A DNA stretch of 64,000 nt from the human T2T-CHM13v2.0 reference genome, Homo sapiens, in the NCBI RefSeq assembly GCF_009914755.1, contig NC_060929.1; one strand, 5' to 3'. Made by a program: the position numbers and the translations under genes. Of the stretch, positions 14,681-27,800 are shown in pieces. The notes beneath the pieces are model-generated. The model was not told the origin of the DNA, searched no databases, and was given only the letters and a program-made list of their open reading frames with translations. The stretch's first letter is position 1. Each line of letters opens with the position of its first letter.

Positions 14681-17600
14681 TGTAATTAAGATTTTTATCA
14701 AATAGAGTTATTGTTTAGGCATATAATCAGACACACAATATCAACCCAAGTCTGTGAAATTCCAGTCTATGGAAGTGAGTTGTACAGTGTTTGGCTTTGC
14801 ACTACACCATCTTTTTGGGTGTAATGCAAAACCAAATACTGTATATATGTATGTCTTGCTGAATAGATTGCTTTGTGCCTCTCTCTCTTTTCTAAAGCTT
14901 CATAGACTGTTGGTGTAAAAGGACCCCAATGCCATTAATATAGAAAGCCTTACTCTTTCTTGCCTCCATTTCAATCTAATACAGGACCCAACCCCCTGAA
15001 ACATTTCCTCAATTGCATCTTGACATTCCCAAAGACTGTTTCTTGGGTTACAAATTAAACAATATACTCTCATAAATGCTTTGTGTGATATAAAATTAAA
15101 ACTGTAGTTTTAATTTTAGTCCAGTTTAATTTTAGTTTATCACATATGTTCAAATATCTTTGAATCCTTACCTGGAATAACACTGATTATTTTTTCAGGG
15201 AAAAAAAAAAACTATTTTGTCATTGATTGTGTTTAAGGACCCTGAGAAGTATGTTGAGTTCCCTGGCATTCTTAAAGGCAAGAGGGCAAGCAGTTTTATA
15301 AAGGTATTCCAATAACTACTTTATAAAATCTGAAACTTCATGTTAATTTCAGTTTCAACAAAGTAGTTCACATTATGACTTCCCTAAATCTTAACCTAGA
15401 TCTCGACAAGAAATTAGTTATAATAAAGAGTTAAAGAAAATATTTTAAAGCTGCATTTTGTCCTGTCTCTTAATATTTGATAATTAAAATATGTAAAATT
15501 TGCATAATATCCCTAACTTTGTCTCAGCATGTTCATATCTATTCGTCCATCATTTCTCCAACAGCACCTTTGAAAGACACAGCTAGAATCATGATCCCAT
15601 TTGATTCAGGAGATAATTGAGTCAAAAAGAGATAAAATGATTTTCTGAAAAACACGGGACTAGTGAATACTAGCACCACAGCTAGGAAGCTAGGGTTATG
15701 GTGTATAAACCGCATTTATTTCATTTAGAAATGAACAAAATGAATTTTAAGTCACATATAAAGGATAGAAAAGGCTACACCAATGGTGTGATTTCAGGAA
15801 CTTAAATATTTTCTCAACAACCTTCCACAGACCCTGAACTCCTCACAGTTTCAAGTCAGGCAGTATCCCCAGAAAGTCCCTAGTTGAATGCAAATACACA
15901 GTTTCTGATTTACCCAAAATCAATGTACACAATACCTTCTTTCCTGCCACACTTTCCCCACACACCAGTGCCTTGCAGCTGCTGAAATAGGAACCACAAT
16001 GAAGACGAATGGGACTTTTTAGATTCTGTGGTGCAAAAAGTTAAGAATAAGAAAGCTGTGTAAATCACGAGCGTTATAGATAAAAAGATGCAGAGGCAAA
16101 CATCTAAATTGGTATGATCTTCTCGTGCTAACTGAAAATAAATCTTTATGTATTATCTGAATCTTTTTTACATCAATGTATTGTTATGTTAAAGTTCTAC
16201 AAATTCATGATTTATTTAGGTAGCAACTATTCCAATCACTCTCAACCTTTGGGAGTTTAAGGGATTAAGAGTCATTCACACTTTCATGAATTAGTGGAAA
16301 TTAGTACTCTCAGATTGTTTCCTATTAACAACGTTCTAGGAGTCTGACATTTCTGACTTTGGAGAGTAGGGAAAGGGGCAGCTTGGAGGGAAGAAGGGGC
16401 ACTAAACACTAAGTATAGTTTGGTTTGTTTTTACTTATTTTCTGTGAACTTAGAAATATGGCAACAGTTTATAAGATGATTTCTACAAAAAATTCTCTAA
16501 AGAAACTATCTTGATAGGATTGTTATTTGCTCACATGCTATATAGGATGCATAAAGTATTGACATCCTTATTACATTATAGCCCACAAGACTGAAAACTC
16601 CAGCAAACTTGTAATAATAGATGAGAATGCAAAATTTAGAAATTAGACACTTTCTAAAAATCTTAAATGTTCAGGGTCACTAAACTGTGGACTCCTGGGG
16701 ACTTTAGGAGTAGAACCTAGAAAAACATACTAGAATATGTACTAGAATAATACAAAGAGGTGTAGAAGGCAATAGAGCAAAAATATATTCTTCCTCTCTA
16801 TTTATACAGGGCCAGTTTTGACAAAGAATAATTTTCATGACAAAATAGACATAAAAGATATTAAGCATTATTTCTAGCCTCCATTTTCAATTTTGATTTT
16901 GTGAGGAAATTCAGGACACATGCTCAATGAAAGTGCCATCTTTATTTCAAGGAAACATGTAAACAATGTGAGAAACCTCACAAACATTACACCATAAAAG
17001 AGTGAAACACAGCTCTGTCAGTTTCATTTCGAGATTCTCCTTGAGGGAAGGAGGGAGAGAGAGAGAATAAGAACGACAGAAAGAGAAAATGAGAGCTCGA
17101 TGAGACAAGAACAAACCTCAATTTGTCTAAACATCACATGAAAAGAAAACATTAAAAAGCTTGCCTGCATTTTTACAATGAAAACATGCATCCCACATTC
17201 AGTTGTCTTGATTAGCTCCAGTAAAATCTTGGTCTGACATTGCCTGTTACCCAGCATACACTTAAGCTACCTTACCTTGTTATTTATGTATTTAATCCTA
17301 ACTACCTTTAATTATGACTCAAATATTTAGAATAAAAAACAAGAGGGTTGATCTTCTAAAAAAAAAAAAGTACTTCTTCCAGAAGCAAATATATGAGCTT
17401 TATCTTTACTGCTATAACCATTATATATAAAATAGTAGATGGTTGTCTATATTTAAGTGAGCTTGATAGGAAATATCTTTAACTTTTGGGGGTCATGGCC
17501 ATAATATATCTAATTATTTTGTAAAGAGTGGACAAAAGGATTAGATTATTAATGTAAGAAATATGTTTTCAATCCTAATCACAATTTCAACTGGATGTAT

Positions 17601-19199
17601 ATCATTTGGCCGCTTCCAAAGGTAACTATCTAATACAACTTCTTGGCAGATATGTGGATCTACAAAATCCAGAAATGCTGAGGACAAGATTTCCCATAAT
17701 ATTCAATGTGCTACAAGTTCATTTTCTTACTAGAACTTTTCTTAACTGCTTGGGTTGATAGCTTAGATGTCCCAAATTACAATTGATACTAGAAACACAA
17801 TATCAGAGATTCTTTCTCCACTCTGCCTTACTGTTTCCATTTTAAAAATAGTTGTATTACATTTCTGCTAATAAAAGCCTTTCTAAGGATTCTATATCAT
17901 TCTTTTGCAAGGCACATTCACATCCTTCAATGAAAGTTGCTATTATCAGAGCAATGTAGTCTTACTATTTACTTATTACAACAGCCCTCATGACTGCTTA
18001 CCCAGGCAAACACTAGAAATATCTAACTCATTACCACCACATAAAATAGCATGGGGTATTTTCAGAATGAAAGAGATCAGAGCATGACAAATTCTAAAGC
18101 TGTTTGTGTCCCTGTTTCTAAAGAAAAGGATGGCTATTAAACAAGCACTGGTAACTTTAACTGTCAAACAAAGAGGATAGATTAGACTCTCATTGAAAAT
18201 ATTGCCCAGCCAAAATCTTGTTGGAAATACCTGTTAGTTTATTACCTTTTTTTTTTTTTTTTCATTTAAGGTCTCAACGTCAATGGATGTTTTTGGGCCA
18301 TCTGATGAATGAAAACTGACCCAGATGGAGTCAGAAATCAAAAATGCCTATTGACTTATTCAGCTGGAAGTTGATCCTAGTTTCTATTTAAATCTACTGC
18401 TTAAGTGTCAGCATACAGGCTACATTCCTTATCATGGTTCAGGGGGCAGATATTTGGGTCAAAATATTTCTACTCACTCTGTAGCTAATGTGGGCTTTAC
18501 AATGTTTACAAACAGCTGTTACAATAACCCAAAGATCCGAAGAAAAATGTGACACATTCAAGAATCTGACAGTTAAAAGCCAAGCATTTGTTCAGATAGC
18601 ACCTTGTGGTTTGAGGTAATAAGACCCACGATCTTAATAGTATTTGTCACATTCAAGCAGCTGTATCCATGAGAGTAGAAGTGACTACCCTCTTACACAC
18701 CCAGTTACTACTTTGAACCCAGGTCTATATTTTGGCTACCTTGGCAACAGCACAGCAATAACAACTGGTGCCATAATGGCGATGTCAATCCAAGGACATC
18801 TTTGGAGAAAGCAGAGGCCCTGACTTTCAACATAGAGAGGCAGAAAGAGCACATAAAATAAACTGAGAAGTTGGTGTCCATAGCACTGCTCATACACTGA
18901 GACTCTAGGATATTTATTATAATAGCGATGTTTTTACAAGCCCAATAATTTTCTAATGGCTGGCTGTTCTTTTGTCAAAAAAACAAAAAGCCAGAAAACA
19001 TTTCAGGGAAATGGGTCTCTGCAAGCAGGAGTCTACTTTTTTTCTATTTTTGTCTGAAATGAAACTATGAAGGATAAGCTATGCATTACCTTTGACCATA
19101 TTAATCAATGTAGGTTTTCACACAATCATTAAGATGAAAGAGTTTGTAAACAACAATGAAAAGAGACAAAATTCATTGCTCAGCCTTCCCATGGAGGGT

Positions 19200-19580
19200 C
19201 TCTTATAATTGGTCACTATTACCTCTCCTTCTGGTCACATGGTCAAAATACATTTCCCTATCCTCAGGACATGAAACACACTTCGTGTCCTCATTACTTG
19301 CCTTGGTTAATGAAATGTGAGGAGAAGTGATAGGTGTCTCTTCAAGATGGAATATTTAAAAGGAAATTCGGTTTGCTATTGTTCCCTACCACTGTCAAGG
19401 CAACCAGCAGCATTCCAGATGATAGAAGCTTCATCAACCTGGAGTGAGAAGATGTAGAGCTGAGTTCCCAGCTGTCCTGGGATGAACACGTAATATGATC
19501 AATAAATATACATTTGTTGCACTTATCTACTGCAGTTTTGGAGGTGTTATCTCAGTATAACCTAGTCTATCCTGATTACA
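19200..19580 (+). mobile_element. Old MaLR LTR (MLT1I/J-like)
   Basis: ttggttaatgaaatgtgaggagaagtga...cagcattccagatga...agtataacctagtctatcctgattaca matches the MLT1 3' end. Confidence 0.75.
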
Positions 19581-19897
19581 CTGAGTGCATAATTTTTAGA
19601 AATCCAAAGAATGCCTTTCCTTAACTTTTCACAGAATCAGATGCTACAAAGAAGATAATGCTTCAAATCTCTTCACCAGAAAGAGATAGACTTTTTTTCT
19701 GGACTGGCTAGAGAGAAAGTATAGAATCATGAATTTATGGTTAAACTATGTTCTTCAGACAGAAACTCACATTTCCACTTTGACTAATTCAGATGAACTG
19801 TTTTACTGCCTGAGCTACTCAGAAAAATTGCTTTAATTTATTGTCTTGTAAAACAAACCAAAGTTTTATAAAATAATATTCAGACCCTTTTCATTTT

Positions 19898-19901
<4 letters not shown>

Positions 19902-19932
<31 letters not shown>
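19902..19932. repeat. (TG)n microsatellite
   Basis: Read directly. Confidence 0.97.
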
Positions 19933-19934
<2 letters not shown>

Positions 19935-21504
19935 CTTCACATCCCCTCTCTTTTCCCTACAGTCACTTTCTCTCCACTTTACTTATGTGGTATTCTCCTA
20001 TCTGACAACAAGAGAAAGTGATTATTACTACTTTATATAACAGATTCTGGCAAAGTAATTGTGCTTCTGTTTCCACGGTAATTTAGGCTGTTTCTGCTGT
20101 AAATGGAAAGCAAAGTTACATGTCAGCCTTATGGAATCTTTGCTAGTGATATCAGTTCCTTTAGGTATTTCTAGACTCCAAAAACCACATGGACCATTTG
20201 TAATATAGGTGAAATAGAGAACATGTAACTTTAAAGCAGTCCTACTGTGTTTCTCTGCCTTTTTTTCTGAGATCAACCCAGAACAATTCAAGTGGTGTTT
20301 CTGTGAGCATAGTTAAATGCATAGAAAATACGGTATATGTGTATGCATGCATGCATGATCATATGTTTAAGGTAGAAAAATACACTTTAATCACCTAGAT
20401 ATGATCATTTATCCATTTTTAAATTATGATGAATAATGTAATTATATTTGTTCATACATTCTTCAGAATTAACCACAACAAAAGTCATACACAGACGTAT
20501 TTGGTAGAAGACCATGAGGACTTCCAGAAAAATCCAAGAGGCAAAGTGTATTCTTTATGTTACTAATCAGAAGTAAATTCTTTGTCTCAAGCCACAGAGT
20601 TTTTTTTTTTTTAACTTTATGAAGCATTATGGTATGGTGTAATTTTTTCAAAAAGATTTCTTTATTTGCAGAATATCATATTTTTCTGTAAAATAATGGT
20701 TTTATACAAGATTTAATATTTGCATTTGCTTCTATATCATATATATCAATATAGAGTGTTTCCAAAGATATTCATAAGGAAACAAACATGTATTATTCCA
20801 CAGGATTAAAATGAATGGCTAGAAATAAGCTAATATCCCCTAAAATTAAACATGTGTATTAATTTGAAAAGTATTTTACTTGGATAATTTATTATCTATT
20901 TATTACAACAATTAACATAAATTTCTCAATTTAAAATAATTTAAATTCATTTTTCACTATCAAATATTGACAGAAAAATTCAGTAATGATTTTTTTTAAA
21001 AATTCCCCTATTGCCCAAACCTGTATATTTTTAAAATTTATTTGACCATAACAATATCATAAATTTAAGTATTATTTGAATGGACCACATTCCATATTCA
21101 CATTTTATTCTCTGTGAATCCGTGGCTTATAATGGTATGTATATATGAATTAAGGAGAATTTGTTAATAAAACAATAATTTTGATACCATTGTAGACCTC
21201 ATGATAGTTATGGTTCTCAACAGGGGATTTTTAAAAGAAAACTCCCCTACCAGAGTTACCCACATGCCCACCTGCATCTTTTACACATGAAAATCCACTT
21301 CATTGTTCAGAGCCTTTATTAAGAAGACTGTTGACTTCAATGCTAAAAATATCCTAAAGGATTTCTGATTGTTCCAGGAAATTCCTGAGCAATCATTTTT
21401 CTGGTGATTAAACTGGTCATGTGTCTCTAGTAGTCCAGGTCGAGGTAGGCATAGGTTGGGAGTGTTACATTTTCTGAGCACCCATTATAAGTTCAAACCC
21501 CTTT

Positions 21505-21670
21505 TGGCCCTTTACATATCATATTTAGTATTCATAATCAGTCCATGATGAAGCAATTATCCCCTGATTCCAGAGGAGGGGCTGAAGCTCAGGGAGGCGG
21601 GTAATGTGACAATGTCCACATACCTGGTAAGAAATAGAGTAAGAATTTATAATTTAAGTCTGTTTAGCTT
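21505..21670 (-). mobile_element. MIR fragment
   Basis: attatcccctgattccagaggaggggctgaagctcagggaggcgggtaatgtgacaatgtccaca resembles the antisense MIR core. Confidence 0.65.
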
Positions 21671-24600
21671 TGATATCGATATTATTCCATTATCTCATGT
21701 TGTTTCCCAGAGGGTACAATTGCTGCTTCACTAATTTAATATTTATTTTCAAAATAATTGTCTACAGGTAGTTGACCAATTATTTTCCTCCTGCGAAATT
21801 AAAATATACAGGAGATGTATGGTTCAAATTATCTATCCATTTAAATTCATCAAGAATTTGACACAATAAACTAAAAAGTGCCGAGGAGAACTTTATTAAG
21901 GGAGCAAAAATATATAAGAAATGGCTCTACATTTTGGACAGCTGCATTTGACTTATATACTATTTAAGGAGGTTTGAACTGATTCTCAGAACTAAATGTG
22001 TATATTCCCTGGTCTTTTTTTCCACACCCTTTTCTTTTCTTACTTTTTAAAGTGGCTTGATGTATTAGAGATGAAGCAGGTCCTTGACTCCTACCCATTT
22101 ATCCAATATTTGGAAAAATCTGAGTTAGAACTATAATTTATTCTCTCTCTGTCAGCCAAAATGAGACCATAAATATAAGGGCATTTTATCTACTGTCTAT
22201 AGAGTCTGCTGCTTTGATCCTGCCTCCTTCTCCAATCAAATTCCGGAAATATTTCTAATTGTAGCCTTATGATTCTCAGAGGGTGCTGTGCTTTTTATTT
22301 TCAAACTTATATAAAATCTTTTGGTATTTTTCCTCTCATGTTTATAATTTTGACTTTGATTTTTGCATTCACATTTTCTGAATTTTACAGTAAGACCTTT
22401 TTACCATACCTTGTTCCTCTTTTAAGGTTTGTTGCAAAATTCTAATTAACAGATTGAACAACAAAAGAACCCACTGAACACCCACTAGATTTTTTTTGAA
22501 GGAGGGGAAAATTCTATAAAAAACACTGAACACTTTAAGACACACACTGATGAACACCTACTTCTTAATGAAATTCATCACCACCTAAATTCAGTTCCTT
22601 CTTTCCCACATCATTGCTTCAAACCCCTACACACAAACACCCTTGTAAGACCAGTTTTAATAAGCATATACACCATAATATATATTTTCAAAAAAGCATT
22701 TGTAAAACTGTAAATCTTGATTTGTATTTCACATAGATAATAATTTCTTCAATGTTTGACTTCCATTCTGTTGTGTCAACGAGATGATTTACTCTGTTTG
22801 TGCCATCATAATTCAAAGATCATTTTTAAAATTATTATTTTTTCTTAAAATTGAAAAGATATAATTTACCAAATTTTTTTGTTGTAGATGTTTTTAAGAA
22901 ACAGATTTTTAAAAGCAAATTAGTAATGAAGAGAGGGAAGCTGAAAGCATACTAAAGAAAGATTTATGATGGTCAATAGAGAAGAGCAATGTTGAGTAGA
23001 GATTTTTTGTTTCACATAAAATATATGAAAGGTAGTGTGCAGCCATTTTGTAGCTTAAGTCCTAGAAGACATCATTTTGGGTTATACTTAGTATAGGTGT
23101 AAGCATATATAGTATAGGTGAAAGAATGAAGAAACACTTGCTTATACATACTTTCTTAAGTTTCAAGGGGAAAAAAAAGCCTAACAATTTTACATATGCA
23201 AGGTTTAGTCCATAAAGAGAATAGGAATATCTTATCTTTTATTCAGCTAACAGGTTTTAGCAGTTTTCTGAATACTTATGAGTAGCTCAGAAATTCATAT
23301 AAGTTCATGTAATTCACACAGCATCTGTTGTGAAAAAAATAAAGTGATAATTTACATCCAATTAAAATATTTTTCATTAGATAAAATGCTTTAATAAACC
23401 AACAAATTTATGTAAGAAAACATTATTCATTGAGAATAAAACAAATCTTTCTACAGAGTATGCAAAAAGTCCAAGATTGGTCAGCTAGAAAAGGTGTGAG
23501 TCAGTCATTTATGTAAAATTTTAATACGTTGAGTACTTTTTTAAAAAAACTGTGTGTCCTTATTGTCTTCCAATTTGTATAAGTTATTTAAAAGCATATT
23601 TGCTCATTGGATGCATTCTTATTAAACTGCTAAAACAGTATATCTATCAAACCCCTTGTATCTACTATAGAAGTAGAAATTTCAGGAATGCTTCTTACAC
23701 ACAATCACCTTTCTGTCTTTTAAAAGCTTGCCAATTGTGCTACATAGGAATATATGCAAGCATAGTTTAAAAACAAGTTAAAAGTTTTTTTTTTCATTTC
23801 TTTTTCTGATATAAGGATTCTTTACCTTTAAAAATAGGCTTATATTCAATTTGGCAGGAAATTATGCAAATACATTCTGTAAGGGCAGATTCCAATGGTA
23901 CAACATGAAATAAACTTAAGAAAAAGGGGGAGTCAAGCAAAGAGAAAGTTGGTGGGTCTTGCTATTTTTTTATACTTTAAATATTTTTAGGCCTCTTCAC
24001 CACTGCTGTTGGGTCATTTCTCTTAGCTATACTAAAGAGCCTTTGTCAGTCTGGAGGAGGCAGCCATGTGTCCATGAATGCTTATTTAGTACGGTGAGGA
24101 CAGATGGCCTGGAATTGCTGAAGAAGACCTTAAGATATATTTAAAAGAGGAAAGGGAAAGAAACAATAAGGGAGGAAATAAATTAGAGAAGAGGCAAATG
24201 TGTGGCAAAGAAAAGTACACACACACATAAACACACACACATGCAAGCCACATGCACACAAATGCAGACAGACTATAAAGTGGTAAGTAGGACCTGTTTT
24301 TTTATAGATTTGTCTTTTCTGTAGAAATTTTGGTTTATATTATTGTTGATTTGTTGTCTTTTTAGCAGAAATCTGACAATAACCATCACCACCGTTCTGA
24401 GCTTAATCTGTTCATTGATGTGTAGTATACCTTTTATTTTATAGTATCCAAACTTGAAATGTGGATTTTGAATTGTAAAAGCTTGGGGGTTTTACTTAAA
24501 TAAATATGAGTTAAATTGAAATCCCTGACAGCCTAAGAGTCAATGCTTTAACATAATTTATGTTAGAGTATATCATAATTAATCTTGCTTAGCATTTCCA

Positions 24601-24861
24601 CCCCCACCCTCCCCCCGCCGTTTCCTGTTATTTTAAGAAAATATACACACTATTGCCCAATCAAAACCTCATACAGGAATATGTTATGTACATTGAGAAG
24701 GGAAGAGGAAGCGAGGGTGGGGAATGGATGGGCATGGGGACATGTGTTTTCAAATATAAAGATGTGAGATGTTGTGAGATGACAAAAGTAACATTAGTGG
24801 ATTTTTATTATGTATTTTTTCTTTTCAAGTTATCATATTAACATCTTCCTGTTTTCTTCAG

Positions 24862-24897
24862 ATTTATTCCATTTCAACCATGGTCTGACTCTGGCAG
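24862..24897 (+). other. Candidate 36-nt exon (unverified)
   Basis: Branch-like ttaac 24838-24842, pyrimidine tract cttcctgttttcttcAG, donor CAG|GTAACA. Confidence 0.3.
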
Positions 24898-27800
24898 GTA
24901 ACAGAGGACTATTGCTTCAATTGGCAGGTTTTCTACTGCTCATAAAACAAATATTAGATTCCAAATTTCTTCTTATTGCCTTCTGAGTTGTCATGGTTAT
25001 CGAATGACACTTTCTCTAAATTCTCTCTTTTGTGACTGTTTTCTATGCTTTGTAAAAACAGAATGCTTGAAAAAAAAAACATGAAGTTTGAGTGCTAGAA
25101 GAAGCAAAAGCAGCAAGAAACACAAGAGTAAGAAGGAAAGAAACATTTTGTTAACCACAACTTGAAATTAAAAAGATTTTATCCAGAAGCATTAAATGTC
25201 ACTAAGTACAATAAGGCTAAAAAATACCTGCTTTATATAATGGTTGTCTATACAAACCCTTGGTTACTTGCTGCCTGCCTAGTAAGTTACTCTTGCATTG
25301 TGGTTAGAGCTCTTCTGCAACAACCCTAACCCCCCATATCCCCACCAACCTCCACCACCACCAATGAAAAGGCAGCCAGAATGCTGGATCATTCTGAAGT
25401 AAATATAAGAAATTTTTTTTTTGATAAAGCACCTTTAAAAATAGAATAGCAAGAAGATTCATAAACAGAGCATCTGAAAATGTACAATACTTTTGTCTTA
25501 CAAAAACATCTGTTGCTCAGATGAGTATTTTGAGCATTGAGTGCTTTAGATTACCCCTCAGAAGGTGTGTTGGGTGGTGGCTCTCTGTGGACTTGGCTTC
25601 AGGGAGGTCAGCCTGACTCCTCGGCCTGTTGGCTCAGCAGTTTCCCAGTGGTCAGCCAGTCTTACCATAATCACATGCTGGCGCCCCAAGCCTGTTTCTT
25701 AACTGTACTCTGTGCCTTCTAATGAAAGCATCCCAAAATATCCCCAACCGCTCAAATTCTGGGGCAGCCGTGACCTCAGACTGGACTGCTGGACATACAT
25801 TTGCTCAGACAGAATGGTTGATAAAAATCTCCCTGTGGTAATGACTGAAATGCTTGCTCTCTCTTCGCTAGTTTTTGTCACTTCATAGCTTATGATTCCA
25901 TACATGATTTCGAGTCTTTGACATGCAGCTGACTAGGAAGCTCTAACCCAACACACAGCACCACAGTTTCATGAAAGTTTGAGCCATTAGTGATAAAGAA
26001 ACAAAGAAAAACTAACTGTAAAGTAACTTTTTGTGTGTAAAGCAACAAATACAACAATAACAGCAATAAAAGGTAACCTATGAAACTTAAAACAGATAAG
26101 TCACTTGAAAGTTTTTTGAAAAATGTTGTTTACTCTTCCCTGCAAATAGAAAATATTATGACTATTTTTAAGTAGCATTCCCAATTTAATTTATGGAGGA
26201 CATACACCAAAGTGGCTGTGGATAAACAAGTGATACTGGACTTCATTACAGTCTTTTTGGTGAGACTTCAGAAGTTTTGAGGATAATAAAACCAAATGAG
26301 AAGGGGTCACTTCTCATGAAAATTTCAACTCCATTAGCAGGCAAGCGAAAAGGAGCTGTATCTGAACCCAACAGGTGTTCCTCAGGGTACTTCTCAAGCT
26401 TTTGTGTTATCAAATAAGGTAACAGTGTCTTTCCAATGTGGTTTGAACAGAAACAATATTTTCATAGCTTGTTAAGGAAATGAGCAAAAAATAAAACTTA
26501 AAGAAAAAACAGAGACATTTATATTGTTATCTCGCCATGTTTTATGTGTATTTTGAAAGTTTTGAAGCTTCTTTTCAGAAGAATGCTTATAGATATATAG
26601 CACAATTCACACAACTTGATTCTTACATTAGCTAGAGCTTGTGTTTGAACTAGCCTCTTGGTATTAAATCTTTTATTTTCTTCAATGAAAAAGAATTAGT
26701 TGTTAAAAAAGGGTGACACAAAATATACTGACATGGCTTTGTTCAACCACAATACATTATCATTTTTATGATAGTGACTTTCTCCCTAAAAATATGCTTC
26801 GTAAATGTGATTGAATGAGAAGGGGAAAAAATCTTTTATTATCTCATCCCTGGAAAGCTTCATTGCCTAAGCTACACTTACTTGCTCCTAAGTATTACAG
26901 TATTGAAACAGGTTAGTATGTTGTATAGCAAGTAACTAACGAGACACTAATAGGGATTCCCCCCATGCAGTTAAATACAGCTTGGCAAAAATAATTCCTC
27001 TATTATTTATATAAAAGAATATTAAAGCCCCCAAATCTGATTTGGTCTTTCAATAACTAACTCATTTCCTTATAATAAGATTCAGAGTTCAAATTTATGT
27101 ATGTCACTTTCCTGAGTCTGTTTTCTAAATGTAAGAAAATATATTTATATATAGTATGCAAATATATATATGATAAATACTAATGATAGATATTATACAT
27201 TTACCATTATCTATATAATGATAGGCCACTTCTTATAACAAGGAAAAAATGTACAAATTCAGTTTAGCCTAGGAATTCTCTGGGTCTTTGGCTACTATCT
27301 TCTTGTTTTTCTTTCTCCTCTGGGGGAGAGTAATAAGACAGGCCTGATAAGACTCACAAGTAGTGTTGAAAACAAGTAAAAGTCAATTTACTTCACTAAT
27401 TTTTGACATGCTGCTTTCTTTTACTGCAGAACGCTAACTCTTTTTTTCTTTTCAGAATCAGTCAATTTTTTTTTTTTTTTTGCAATCTATTTTTTCCCTT
27501 AGAAAGTAACCCCTTGTGTCCTACCTTAGGCTCCTCACTGAATGATCTCTTTTTCTTCTAATTATATTTCTTCACCTTGGGAGGGACTCACACTGCTTCA
27601 GGATAAGCAACCCAGCAGAGCCTAAGGTCAGGTGTGCCCTAGAATCTAACTCTAGAAATTACAACCATGGAATAAGAGTAGGAGAGGGAAAGAAGAGGCA
27701 GAGTGGGAAATTTGTAACGATATTGAGGATCATTCTAAGGAATAATTAACCGAGCAACATCCTATGTTACATCATTTGCTTGAAAGCTCAGAGAACAGAA

